Origin: a virus
IMG/VR virus record: IMGVR_UViG_3300032820_000001
Coordinates: 127,134-191,133 of that record
DNA length: 64,000 nt
Direction: 5' to 3' (one strand)
Within the stretch, counting starts at the first letter, position 1. Each line of letters begins with the position of its first letter. The position numbers and the translations under genes were made by a program. Under the pieces are notes generated by a model. The model was given only the letters and a program-made list of their open reading frames with translations, was not told where the DNA came from and made no database searches. Shown here one piece after another: positions 19,742 to 28,880 of the stretch.

Positions 19742-20437
19742 TTACTCCGGATCATAACTGGATACAAGAACAATTCTTACTTTGTCCTTCTCCTGATTCA
19801 AGCCACGGTGGGCGCCAGCTACGGCAGCAATAACTAAATCGCCCTTTTCGATCCCCGTATAAACTTCATAATTATCCCTCTCTTCGCCGCTGAGGGGTTC
19901 GTAAATATCATATCTTCTGTGGTATTTCTTGCCTCCCTCAAGGTGAGTGCCCTTTATATAACTAAACGGTCCATAGGTCTCGTCTGGAACGTCAGTCAGA
20001 AAACAAAAAGATTTTACCCTTGATGGGAAAATATCGGAATCTGCATGAATCCCTCTGGTTCGGACGCCACGATTTACATAGAGGTTGTGGGTAAAAAATT
20101 TATATTTTGTTTCGAAAGATCGTTCAATAACGTTGAGTGAGTGTGTTTTTATCTTTTCTAAAATATTTTGGCTTTCCGGTGAAAAATAGCGATCAATATT
20201 CCAAACATCGATCAGGCCATCGTCTCCATCGCGAGTTGGTACTCGGCGGTTTATCACATACTCCTTACTCTCCCTAAGTGATTCATAAGTGTTAGCTAAG
20301 TCAGGCTGAACGTTGTAAATATCCTTCTCGTGAACAAGAGTGTCCACCTCAGACAAAATTAAAGATAATTCATTATCGGAAAGAAAACTTTCCCTCTTTA
20401 GGACGCCCTCTTCTCTAAGAACTTTCTCTTCTTTCAT
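19742..20437 (-). CDS. 2-oxoglutarate/Fe(II) dioxygenase (PhyH-like)
   Basis: HxD motif GIHADSD, GPFSYIKGTH, distal His in AHRG and R in RIVL. Confidence 0.75.
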   Translation of the reverse strand: MKEEKVLREEGVLKRESFLSDNELSLILSEVDTLVHEKDIYNVQPDLANTYESLRESKEYVINRRVPTRDGDDGLIDVWNIDRYFSPESQNILEKIKTHSLNVIERSFETKYKFFTHNLYVNRGVRTRGIHADSDIFPSRVKSFCFLTDVPDETYGPFSYIKGTHLEGGKKYHRRYDIYEPLSGEERDNYEVYTGIEKGDLVIAAVAGAHRGLNQEKDKVRIVLVSSYDPE

Positions 20438-21045
20438 ATAATCTCCTTCTCACATAGCATCATTTCAAAATATTTTTGTGTTTTATTTTCTAGAATAATG
20501 TTTTTATTATTTAATAAAAAACTCTTATAATACAGAAGATCCTTCTCGATGCTGTGGCACCTTTCCTCTTCTCGTAAGTCCTCTAAATCATAATATCCAC
20601 TAATATAATTCATCTTTGATGAAAATCCATTATAATAAAAATCAAAACCTGCCACAAAGACCTCTGCACAAATTGAGGATAAGTAATCAACAATGGCTGT
20701 TCCATAGTAAGGGACGTGCGGTGCAAACTTTTGTCTGAGCTTGTTCCATGTGCTTTCTATATCATAAATTTTCGCTCTCTCTTCTAAGACGCCGGATAGC
20801 AGTGTTATATCTTTTTTTTCCTTTACGAATATTGTTTTTCCTGTGAGACTTTTTGCCCTTTCCGGGGAACTATAAAATTTCACACAACTCGTATTTAAAA
20901 ATATAACATCAAAATCAACCTTCCTCGATAATTCAGATTCCATCACCTTGTTTGTTCCGACAACGTTGTCATAATTTTTGCATTCTGACAAGTCAAAGCC
21001 CTCAAGTGCCTGCAGTGATGGTCCAACTAATATGACTTTTTTCAT
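20434..21045 (-). CDS. Putative sialyltransferase-like glycosyltransferase (GT29-like fold)
   Basis: VILVGPS...YDNVVGTN resembles sialylmotif L, GTAIVDYL...CAEVFVAGFDFY resembles motif S, and HSIEKD resembles motif VS. It lies in the NeuA/NeuB cluster. Confidence 0.55.
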   Translation of the reverse strand: MKKVILVGPSLQALEGFDLSECKNYDNVVGTNKVMESELSRKVDFDVIFLNTSCVKFYSSPERAKSLTGKTIFVKEKKDITLLSGVLEERAKIYDIESTWNKLRQKFAPHVPYYGTAIVDYLSSICAEVFVAGFDFYYNGFSSKMNYISGYYDLEDLREEERCHSIEKDLLYYKSFLLNNKNIILENKTQKYFEMMLCEKEII

Positions 21046-21752
21046 TTGTTTTTCACCGCGAACAGCTGCAGCTGTCCTGTTTTTGCTGTGAAGGTTGTGA
21101 CATCAAAACCTTCTTCTCTGATGTTCTGGACAATGTGTTGAGACATTGCTTTTGAGTTTGCGATGTTCCAATGAAATTCAACCGAAATAAATCTGAGCTC
21201 TTTGATTTTCTCTTGCATCATCTCTGAAAGGAAGAGTTCGTATTCTCCTCCCTCAATGTCGCAAATGAGTGCATCAAAAACCAGACCGTTCTCTTGCTCA
21301 ATCTCTCGAACAGTCTTTGTTTCTATGTCCAGTGTTTCGTGAATTCTGCTTTTCTGCATAGCAGTAGACGAGCCGAGGATGCTGCGCTTGTCAACATAGA
21401 ACTCGACAGAGCCTTCTTTGCTGCTCACAATGCAGTTTTTCACTTTAAACTTTGAGTCGTTCAGGTTTTTGTTGTTCTTTATCGTTTCGATTAAGTTTGA
21501 GTTTGCCTCGACGACGACATGGTTTTCCTTGTTCTCCAAGAGACGATTCGTGGCACAAGAGATAAAACCGATGCAGCCACCGAGTTCCAAGACTGTGCAG
21601 TCTGAAGGCATAGTGTTCAGCATTTCGAACTCTTCGGCTTCCCATTCTCCAGTCTTCAGTCTCTCAACAAGTTTGGAACCAAACAAATCGCCAGAAGGAG
21701 ATAGTATCTCCTCCTCGACAAAAATCTTGATGTTATCAATATTGTAAAGCAC
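21042..21752 (-). CDS. FkbM-family SAM-dependent methyltransferase
   Basis: TVLELGGCIG, VVVEAN, DALICDIEGGEY. Confidence 0.85.
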   Translation of the reverse strand: MLYNIDNIKIFVEEEILSPSGDLFGSKLVERLKTGEWEAEEFEMLNTMPSDCTVLELGGCIGFISCATNRLLENKENHVVVEANSNLIETIKNNKNLNDSKFKVKNCIVSSKEGSVEFYVDKRSILGSSTAMQKSRIHETLDIETKTVREIEQENGLVFDALICDIEGGEYELFLSEMMQEKIKELRFISVEFHWNIANSKAMSQHIVQNIREEGFDVTTFTAKTGQLQLFAVKNK

Positions 21753-22402
21753 TATCTCTTCCTCAAAACATAGGTTCCAATACGCTTATTCCCAGTGTAT
21801 CTCAGTTCACCAATTTTTTCCACCAAAGACTCATCAACGTCATCGACAAACTGAATTACACCCTTCATGTGTTCTGCATAATCATCTAGTAATATATACC
21901 CACCCTGTTTTACTAGAGGAAGGTATTCTGTGAAGTCTTTTTTTACAGAGTCATAGTCGTGATCCGCATCAATAAAGAGAATGTCTACTTCTTCAGAAAA
22001 AAAGTCTCTAACTTGATTTGGAACAGAGGGATCTCTTAAATTTCCTGCGATGAGGGTAAAATCATTATCAAAAGGATTATTGGATTCAATATTACTTCTT
22101 GTTCTTTCAATGTTTATTTTGTCATGGTTTTTGTGTTTGGGATCATGAGTGTCTTCAAAGAGATCGACCCCGCAACACTTTACACCACTGGTGGATGAGA
22201 TAACGGTGCAAAAAGATGCACCATTGTGAACCCCCAGTTCTAAATAATTTATCCCTTTTCGGTTTTCTGCAAGAATTTTCGTCAATATAGAGGCAGAAAT
22301 GATCTCATCATGAATGAACCTGCCATTGAAATTCTTCTTTATTTCCTTCAATCTATCAAGCTCTTCTTGAACTCGTTTCTCTTCTTGTAAAAGCTTCAAC
22401 AT
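21752..22402 (-). CDS. Class I SAM-dependent methyltransferase (Methyltransf_24-like)
   Basis: YLELGVHNGAS, DILFIDADHDYDSVKKDF...L...GGYILLDDY. Confidence 0.85.
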   Translation of the reverse strand: MLKLLQEEKRVQEELDRLKEIKKNFNGRFIHDEIISASILTKILAENRKGINYLELGVHNGASFCTVISSTSGVKCCGVDLFEDTHDPKHKNHDKINIERTRSNIESNNPFDNDFTLIAGNLRDPSVPNQVRDFFSEEVDILFIDADHDYDSVKKDFTEYLPLVKQGGYILLDDYAEHMKGVIQFVDDVDESLVEKIGELRYTGNKRIGTYVLRKR

Positions 22403-22405
22403 TTT

Positions 22406-23224
22406 TTATCCCCTCAAACTCTTTCGCTTATCAAGTTCCCCTCCGAGGCAAACTCGTGCAGCTTTAATTCCCATTGCAGAGTCTATATCTCGGATTCCCT
22501 TTGTTAATTTCATAAACCCTTGTGGCTCAACGGAAGCAACCTGATCGCTGCCCCACATGGTGCGGTCGAGGGTGAGGTGTCTTTCTACCCAAGTACACCC
22601 CATTGCGACGGCCGCAAAGGTCGTCACCAAGCCATATTCGTGGCCACTGTAGCCAATTTCGGCGGGGTACTTGTCTTGAAGCCACTTTATATAATTTAAA
22701 TTAAGCTCTGAGACAGGTGACGGATACGTAGAGTTGGTGTGCATTATAACATCGGGGTTACATGCCGCCACACACTTCTCTATTTCTTCCTCCGTACTCA
22801 TTCCTGTAGAGATTATAAGAGTTTCAAAATTATTCCTAGCGTAGCGGCACAAATCCAAGTCTGTGATTAGGGCAGATGGAATTTTAGATATATTCCCATA
22901 TTTTTTCATAAAATCTACAGACGGAAGATCCCAAACAGAAGCGAAGCATTCAACCCCCTTCTCTTTTGCGTATGAAAAAATTTGATCAAACTCTTTCTCC
23001 TCGAATTCGATCCTCTTTTTATAATCAATGTATTTTATCTCTCCCCAGGGAGTTTGTCGCAATTTGTTTTTCTGGTCGTCGGGGACGCACAGATCCGGAG
23101 TTCTCTTTTGGAATTTAACATAATCGCATCCCGCGATGGAAGCCACGTCGATAAGCTTTGTTGCTATATCGACAGAGCCATTGTGATTGATTCCTATTTC
23201 TGCAATAACTTTTGTCATAACCAT
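22406..23224 (-). CDS. neuB: N-acetylneuraminate/nonulosonate synthase (NeuB family), short form lacking the C-terminal SAF domain
   Basis: IAEIGINHNG, VKFQKR, KIPSA, IISTGMS, MHTNSTYP, GYSGHE, ERHLTLDR...GSDQ.AS.EP. The 272-aa protein ends just after the TIM barrel. Confidence 0.92.
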   Translation of the reverse strand: MVMTKVIAEIGINHNGSVDIATKLIDVASIAGCDYVKFQKRTPDLCVPDDQKNKLRQTPWGEIKYIDYKKRIEFEEKEFDQIFSYAKEKGVECFASVWDLPSVDFMKKYGNISKIPSALITDLDLCRYARNNFETLIISTGMSTEEEIEKCVAACNPDVIMHTNSTYPSPVSELNLNYIKWLQDKYPAEIGYSGHEYGLVTTFAAVAMGCTWVERHLTLDRTMWGSDQVASVEPQGFMKLTKGIRDIDSAMGIKAARVCLGGELDKRKSLRG

Positions 23225-23838
23225 AGTGATACCTTCTTCAGTTCTTCTTCATAGTCAACATCAACGACGTCTCCTATTTTATAAAAATATGTATTTTTAT
23301 TATACATGTTGTTGTTTAAATTTTTAAGTTCCGAAATATTAAAAATGCATATATAGTGACTCAATTCAAAGCACTCTGGATAATCCTGGCGGCGGTGAAG
23401 ATTATGAGGTATAATTTGCTTTCCAGCGGTGGGAGATGATTCGATCATACATAAGTAAGGGTGAGACTTAACAGGTTGGCGGCACAATAAGGAGCTGGCG
23501 CCGGCGTGGAGATAGCACTGATAAGCATCTATAACGTGTTGCCAACGACGCTCTGGGTAAGTTAAGTAGAGCATAATTATATCCTCGTCCTCTTCCGACC
23601 CCTTCACAACCTCTGACACGACTGACCAAATTGAAGAAGTGTCTTCCGAAACATCGGAACTTCTTTGATGGATTTCCACACCTTTTGGTAGCACCTTTTT
23701 AATCTCCTCGTCGTCTGTAGATACCACAACATTCGCAAGATAGTCCGCTGGTATTGTATCCAAAGTATATCGCAGCAATTTCCGATTTTTATAAGGAAAG
23801 CCCTTAGAGCCCGCCCTCGCTGGTATTAAAATCTTCAT
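23215..23838 (-). CDS. neuA: CMP-nonulosonate synthetase (acylneuraminate cytidylyltransferase, NeuA family)
   Basis: ILIPARAGSKGFPYKN, VVSTDDEEI, terminal DVDYEEE; coupled to neuB. Confidence 0.88.
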   Translation of the reverse strand: MKILIPARAGSKGFPYKNRKLLRYTLDTIPADYLANVVVSTDDEEIKKVLPKGVEIHQRSSDVSEDTSSIWSVVSEVVKGSEEDEDIIMLYLTYPERRWQHVIDAYQCYLHAGASSLLCRQPVKSHPYLCMIESSPTAGKQIIPHNLHRRQDYPECFELSHYICIFNISELKNLNNNMYNKNTYFYKIGDVVDVDYEEELKKVSLWL

Positions 23839-24569
23839 TTTATATTTATCCGTGGTATTTCTGAAGATAGTTCTGATACTTCCGAAATTAAAAAGATCTC
23901 CACCCCAATGGATTTACAAAAAGAATATAACTCAGAAGTAGAAGATATCAATTCATCCTTTTCGCCAGGGAATAACTGTCCTATCTTCGCTCCTGGGTTT
24001 TTTAACACCTTCTTCGCTTTCTTTTCGTCATAAAAGTGTTTGAGAGTTCCGTCATCGGCAGTAGTATAGTCCCATCCATTTATATATAATTTAGAAAAAC
24101 CCATATGAAGCAGTGTGGGAAGTACCGTTTCATACATAATGCCAGGACCCCACCTTCTTATTGGCCCGAAGGAAAAATCATCAAAATTACAATCCGACGC
24201 GGTGGTGTCGCGGTGGGTATCTATCCCACAAAACAAATCCGGGGTATAATTAAAAAAGGTTTTATATTGTTCCGCAGAGAGGGCGCCAGAAGAAGCAAAC
24301 TTTAAAGTATTCGGGTGGTATACATATTCTAAAAAATTATTATCATTAATAAAATGAAAATCTGTTATTTCTTTAAGTTTTATTTGAGATTGTTTTATGC
24401 ATGCTACTTTTTTATTCTCACAGAATTTCTCTATATCTCTCAACTCTAAAGACTTAAATGACGGCCCGCACGAAAATATTACACACTCTTGTCCCGCAAA
24501 TGAGCCTTTCATGAAATCAGATTTTTGTTTAAAAGATTGCAGCTCCCTGAGCGACTTACATGAAAACAT
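23835..24569 (-). CDS. DUF115/MptE-like (Maf-type) protein, candidate nonulosonate transferase
   Basis: Likely start is the ATG at 24569 (MFSCKSL). Motifs CVIFSCGPSF and LLHMGFSKLYINGWD resemble the DUF115/Maf core (G.GPSL...G...I.L.G.D). Confidence 0.6.
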   Translation of the reverse strand: MFSCKSLRELQSFKQKSDFMKGSFAGQECVIFSCGPSFKSLELRDIEKFCENKKVACIKQSQIKLKEITDFHFINDNNFLEYVYHPNTLKFASSGALSAEQYKTFFNYTPDLFCGIDTHRDTTASDCNFDDFSFGPIRRWGPGIMYETVLPTLLHMGFSKLYINGWDYTTADDGTLKHFYDEKKAKKVLKNPGAKIGQLFPGEKDELISSTSELYSFCKSIGVEIFLISEVSELSSEIPRINIK

Positions 24570-25824
24570 TTCTCGCCTCTGCTTCGAGCTCCTCGCGGTG
24601 TGTGCAGTGATCCAAAACAATTGAAGAAAATTTATTATACATTTTTTCTGCCTCAAACTCTTCTTCAACAAATTTCTTCAACTTCTTTGCCTTGTTGGAG
24701 GCCAACTGATAGTCCTTGTAAACATCTCTCATTTTGCTTTTTGCAGAGTTGTCCTTGGGATACGCCCACATAGAATCTGGAGTTATAACCCCTTCCCAGA
24801 CAGACTCCTTTTGAACTTTATGTAAGTCATAAGAAACTTTCCCAAAAAGACCTTTTCTTTTTGTCTTTCCTTTTTTATCCTTCTGGGGGGCGTAGAGAAA
24901 GTCCATATGGCCACTCCAATCTGTGGCGATAATTGGTAAGTCATTGTAGGTCGCTTCAAAGAGGGGGAGGCCGAAGCCTTCTCCGTGAGCCAACGATACC
25001 ATACACTTAATTTTGTCATGACGATAGAGTGTAGTCATCTCTTCGTCTGAGAGTCTCCCGTGTAAAAGATAGATCTTACATTTTCTATCTGGATATTTCT
25101 TAACTAGGTTTTTTAATAGACTTTCGGTACCGAGCTTATCGTATGTTGATCCGCCCCTAATTGCGGTTTTTAAAACAAGACCTACATCCTCCTCATCCTT
25201 GAATTCCTCAACAAAGTTCAAAATTGTCTTTTCAAGATTCTTTCTCTGACCCCATAAAGCGACAGATAAAAAATTAAAAGAAGTTTCAAATTCAAAATTG
25301 ACCTTAGCAGGTTTATATTTTTTAACCGGATACCCAACAACTGATATTGGGGTTTCACAAACTAAGTCAGATACATGTTCACCACTGTTATTCGTTAGGG
25401 GATATTTGGTGTTTTCAAATCCGCGTTTTGCGTGTTCTGAAACTACAATTATCTTGTCCATTTCGTTGGCCTTTTGGAGCCAAATTGGGGCGATCTTGGT
25501 TGTTTCGATCCCTGCCGTTACACCGATATTTACTTTGGCCATCTTCTCAAATTCATTTGGAATTGTCACCTGCAACGATATGTCAAAATCTAAGTTCTCT
25601 TTATTTTGGCTGATATAGTTGGCAGTTTTCCCGATAAGACCATCGATCCACTCTCGCTCTTCGGAATCTTCAAATATCCATCCCGTTTTGCCCCAATTAA
25701 GGTTGTGAAAATATATATCAAAAATATCCTCTCTGGTGCGGAGAGCTCTCAAAACGAAACGTGCATGCTCTCCATACCCAGACGCGGTGAGGGCTGGGCC
25801 TTTTACAATTACTTTCTTTTTCAT
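24556..25824 (-). CDS. Glycosyltransferase family 4 (GT-B)
   Basis: SGYGEHAR, RKNLE, VSLAHGEGFGLPLFEA...IIATDWSGHMDF. Confidence 0.88.
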   Translation of the reverse strand: MKKKVIVKGPALTASGYGEHARFVLRALRTREDIFDIYFHNLNWGKTGWIFEDSEEREWIDGLIGKTANYISQNKENLDFDISLQVTIPNEFEKMAKVNIGVTAGIETTKIAPIWLQKANEMDKIIVVSEHAKRGFENTKYPLTNNSGEHVSDLVCETPISVVGYPVKKYKPAKVNFEFETSFNFLSVALWGQRKNLEKTILNFVEEFKDEEDVGLVLKTAIRGGSTYDKLGTESLLKNLVKKYPDRKCKIYLLHGRLSDEEMTTLYRHDKIKCMVSLAHGEGFGLPLFEATYNDLPIIATDWSGHMDFLYAPQKDKKGKTKRKGLFGKVSYDLHKVQKESVWEGVITPDSMWAYPKDNSAKSKMRDVYKDYQLASNKAKKLKKFVEEEFEAEKMYNKFSSIVLDHCTHREELEAEARNVFM

Positions 25825-27083
25825 ACAATCTCCTTCAGCGTCCAGTTATTATATTTTTTTCTTTCTGCCCAGGAGCCATAATCTACCATCGCCTTTTCAA
25901 TCAGGTCAGCCCATGTCTTTTGGAAGTTCTCAAAATTATAATTCTTATCAACGTGTTCCTTGCCAAGTTGTCCAAGTTTCTTTCTCTCATCTTCTGACAT
26001 TTCGAACATCTTTTGCATGGCATCCGTAACATCTTTTCCGTTGAGGCGATCTTCGAAGATCCAGGGAATCTCCTGTGAGCCTATGATTGCTTTGGATGAT
26101 GGTTCGATGCCGAAGCCGAAGAAGTTCTCGCCGTCCGTGACCTGCTCTTGGAGACCACCTGTCATCGTAGCAATGATTGGGGTTTCACATGCCAGTGATT
26201 CAAGAGTCGCCAAACCAAATCCTTCGGCATCGGAGACGTTTATCGTGCAATCGGCCATGTTATATAAGTGTGCCAAGTCTTGTGGTGGCAACTTTGCAGT
26301 CGAAAACATAACTTGCCCATTGGCCATGCCAAGTTCTTTTATAATAACCTCTAAGTCCTGACCATGTGGATCTTTGACGTCAGTGTGCATAATTAGGCAT
26401 GTTTTGTCATCGCCAATGCGGTCTAACAAATCCTTATACCAATAGATGAGGGAGCCGCTTTGTTTTCTTCGAGCATTTCTATTGTTCCAAAAGAAGATAA
26501 ACTTATCTTCTCCTTTGATTTTTTCCATTACTCTGTTTTTATATTTTATTATTTCATCGCCCGGAAGAGGCTTGAAGATCTCCTGGTTCACCGCGTGGGG
26601 AACGTAGTGGCATTCTACTTCGGGTGCCACCGTTCGAACTATATCGTCCGTGACCTTGGAGATTGTAGCAATTACATCATTAGATAAATAATGTTTTCTA
26701 TTGAATGTCGGGTAAGGGTAATTATCCCAAACGTGATAATAAACCAAGGGGCACAGCGCACGAATCTCGTCATCTATTTCCCACAACCAACCCCAGAAGC
26801 GGGGATCGGTCATTATCCACACCATGTCTATCTTTTCAGTTCTTAAAAACGAACGAATTAGATCTGGTGTTCCGTAGCCGTCGACGGGATGAGTAATCCA
26901 ATCTTCTCCATACTCTTCGGTTTTGGTGGGATTATAATTGCCGTGTTTAACGGCGCCTCCCAGAGAAATAACTTTGTATTTTCCCGTTTTCATCAAAGCA
27001 TCAATAACATACTTTGTCTGTGTTCCGACACCACTTGGTGAAAATGGGTGATCGGAAATTGTTAAAATCTTTTTCTTTGTCAT
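25821..27083 (-). CDS. Glycosyltransferase family 4 (GT-B)
   Basis: SGVGTQ, WNNRNARRKQ, SDAEGFGLATLESLACETPIIA. Likely start is the ATG at 27083 after a GGGG ribosome-binding site. Confidence 0.88.
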   Translation of the reverse strand: MTKKKILTISDHPFSPSGVGTQTKYVIDALMKTGKYKVISLGGAVKHGNYNPTKTEEYGEDWITHPVDGYGTPDLIRSFLRTEKIDMVWIMTDPRFWGWLWEIDDEIRALCPLVYYHVWDNYPYPTFNRKHYLSNDVIATISKVTDDIVRTVAPEVECHYVPHAVNQEIFKPLPGDEIIKYKNRVMEKIKGEDKFIFFWNNRNARRKQSGSLIYWYKDLLDRIGDDKTCLIMHTDVKDPHGQDLEVIIKELGMANGQVMFSTAKLPPQDLAHLYNMADCTINVSDAEGFGLATLESLACETPIIATMTGGLQEQVTDGENFFGFGIEPSSKAIIGSQEIPWIFEDRLNGKDVTDAMQKMFEMSEDERKKLGQLGKEHVDKNYNFENFQKTWADLIEKAMVDYGSWAERKKYNNWTLKEIV

Positions 27084-27091
27084 AGTTTCCC

Positions 27092-27874
27092 CTACGGGCA
27101 ATGTGTCGTCCCCCTAAACTCACATCGATTACAGGACAGACGATTCTTAACATAGTTTTGCCTATCAATATTATAAACCGATTGTTCCAAAAGTTTAAGG
27201 GCATTATTTGTCTTTTTTTCTCCCGATGTAACACGGAAGAATTCAACCCTATCTTTTTTGCCTGTTCTCTTGAGGAGAGCAAAATAAGTTTCAATATTTT
27301 CTTTTGGAATTCCTCGTTTTTCTGAAATGAAATGCTTGTAATAAGTCAGTTGATATGTCACCATTGGATCTGTGCGTTTCCGCATGTCCCAACCCCAGCT
27401 GCAGGATTTCCAGTCAATGACATGATACTTTCCATCTGGGGTTTTGATGATACAATCCACATATCCCTTGAAGGAATACTGGTCATCTGTATCTAATCTT
27501 AATTTTTCATTTATCTCTTCCTCTGAAGAGACAAGATCAAACTCTCCAAAGTATTCTTTGAGGGCTGGTAATATGTGAGGGATTATTTCCCTCCCTTGCT
27601 CTAGGAACACTTTGGCATCATCCATCGATGGTGCAACATCGGGAGGAAGAATTTTCAACTCTTCGACGAGCTGTTTTTTGAAATATTCCTCTGGTTCAAA
27701 GGATTTCTTAATTTGGTTGCTAATAAGCATAGCTTCACAAGTGTCGTGAATAGCTTTTCCAAAGGCGGTATAAACGTTTCCTTGGAAAACTTTTAATTTA
27801 TCTATTCTCGTTAGCTTATGGTAAAAGGCACAAAATTTCCAGTCTTTAATAGCGGAAAATGATACGTGTGGCAA
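27092..27874 (-). CDS. PD-(D/E)XK nuclease, Cas4/AddB-like with Fe-S cysteines
   Basis: HVSFS...C.F, GKAIH, FKGYVD...IDWKS, and a C-terminal CNRCEF...CP. Confidence 0.85.
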   Translation of the reverse strand: MPHVSFSAIKDWKFCAFYHKLTRIDKLKVFQGNVYTAFGKAIHDTCEAMLISNQIKKSFEPEEYFKKQLVEELKILPPDVAPSMDDAKVFLEQGREIIPHILPALKEYFGEFDLVSSEEEINEKLRLDTDDQYSFKGYVDCIIKTPDGKYHVIDWKSCSWGWDMRKRTDPMVTYQLTYYKHFISEKRGIPKENIETYFALLKRTGKKDRVEFFRVTSGEKKTNNALKLLEQSVYNIDRQNYVKNRLSCNRCEFRGTTHCP

Positions 27875-27876
27875 AA

Positions 27877-28230
27877 TTAGCTCTCTTTCTTTTTATATGT
27901 CCTCTTTTTTGTCTTTGCCTTCTTTTGGGGGGCAACACTTGGAGGAGCATCAATATTTTCTTTTTTCTTATTATTCAAGGCCAATTTCTGTGTTTTTTCC
28001 ACAAATAATGAAAAAATCCACGTTCCATCGTGCCTTGAATTATTATCATGATTATCTATTGTATCATGTGAAATACATTTGTCAAGCTTAAAATCATCGT
28101 TTTCAAGCATTGTTTGCACCATTTTCGTAGTAATGGTCATACGAGGATCTCTTGCCATAATCCTCTTTTTAAGTGATAAACAAATCGTCACTTCATTATT
28201 ATCTTTATTTACAACGATCTCTTTCTTCAT
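27877..28230 (-). CDS. Hypothetical protein with a basic C-terminal tail
   Basis: 117 aa, coupled by an ATGA overlap. Confidence 0.65.
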   Translation of the reverse strand: MKKEIVVNKDNNEVTICLSLKKRIMARDPRMTITTKMVQTMLENDDFKLDKCISHDTIDNHDNNSRHDGTWIFSLFVEKTQKLALNNKKKENIDAPPSVAPQKKAKTKKRTYKKKES

Positions 28231-28880
28231 ACAAATTTCTCTCCCAAGTTATCTAACAACTCTTCAATCTTAAAATAAACAGCTGGACTAAACAACTTTA
28301 CGTGCTTTGCTTCCCTCATGAAATACTCCTCAAACGCAATTGCAAAATATTCTCTTACTGACGTGGCCGCATAGGGCGACAGGAAAAGACCAGAAGCAAA
28401 GTTTCTTAATAGTGGATATCCAATATCTAAATAGAGGAAATCATCAAACTTTTCCGAATATTCTGCATTAAAGAAGTCTAAACCGCTTAAATCATATCCA
28501 TGTGATGACAGAATTTCATAGAGTTTTTTTCTTTTTCCCAAAAATTCTGTTTCAATTGTCTCGTCCTCATAAATTTGTGGGAGTAATTCTTCAATTGAAT
28601 GGGCCACCTCGTGAACCACGCTCAAGAGGGCAGTTTCGTCATCTTCTATATTTGAGGACATATAAATGATGCCATCTTGATATACTGAATCTACTTCTCG
28701 ATCTCTGAGGTAATCGGAATTGCTTATAAGTATATAATCCAAATCTTGTGTCAGCGGCTGTGGGAGCTTTTTCTGCACAGCTTTCAGAACTGCCTGTACA
28801 TTGAAGGACGCCTTATCCTGAATGATGACTGGAATTCTGTTATACAATAACAATTCTTTTTGTTCTCTATTAACTATCAT
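28227..28880 (-). CDS. Putative zincin metallopeptidase (HExxH)
   Basis: VVHEVAHSIE plus a distal YAATSVREYFA motif that could supply the third ligand, as in anthrax-lethal-factor-like zincins. Confidence 0.55.
   Translation of the reverse strand: MIVNREQKELLLYNRIPVIIQDKASFNVQAVLKAVQKKLPQPLTQDLDYILISNSDYLRDREVDSVYQDGIIYMSSNIEDDETALLSVVHEVAHSIEELLPQIYEDETIETEFLGKRKKLYEILSSHGYDLSGLDFFNAEYSEKFDDFLYLDIGYPLLRNFASGLFLSPYAATSVREYFAIAFEEYFMREAKHVKLFSPAVYFKIEELLDNLGEKFV

Noticed and set aside
27092-27874. Cas4-like nuclease as a sign of a CRISPR-Cas system
   Set aside because: No repeat-spacer array or other cas genes are visible; stand-alone Cas4-like PD-(D/E)XK nucleases are common phage recombination enzymes.
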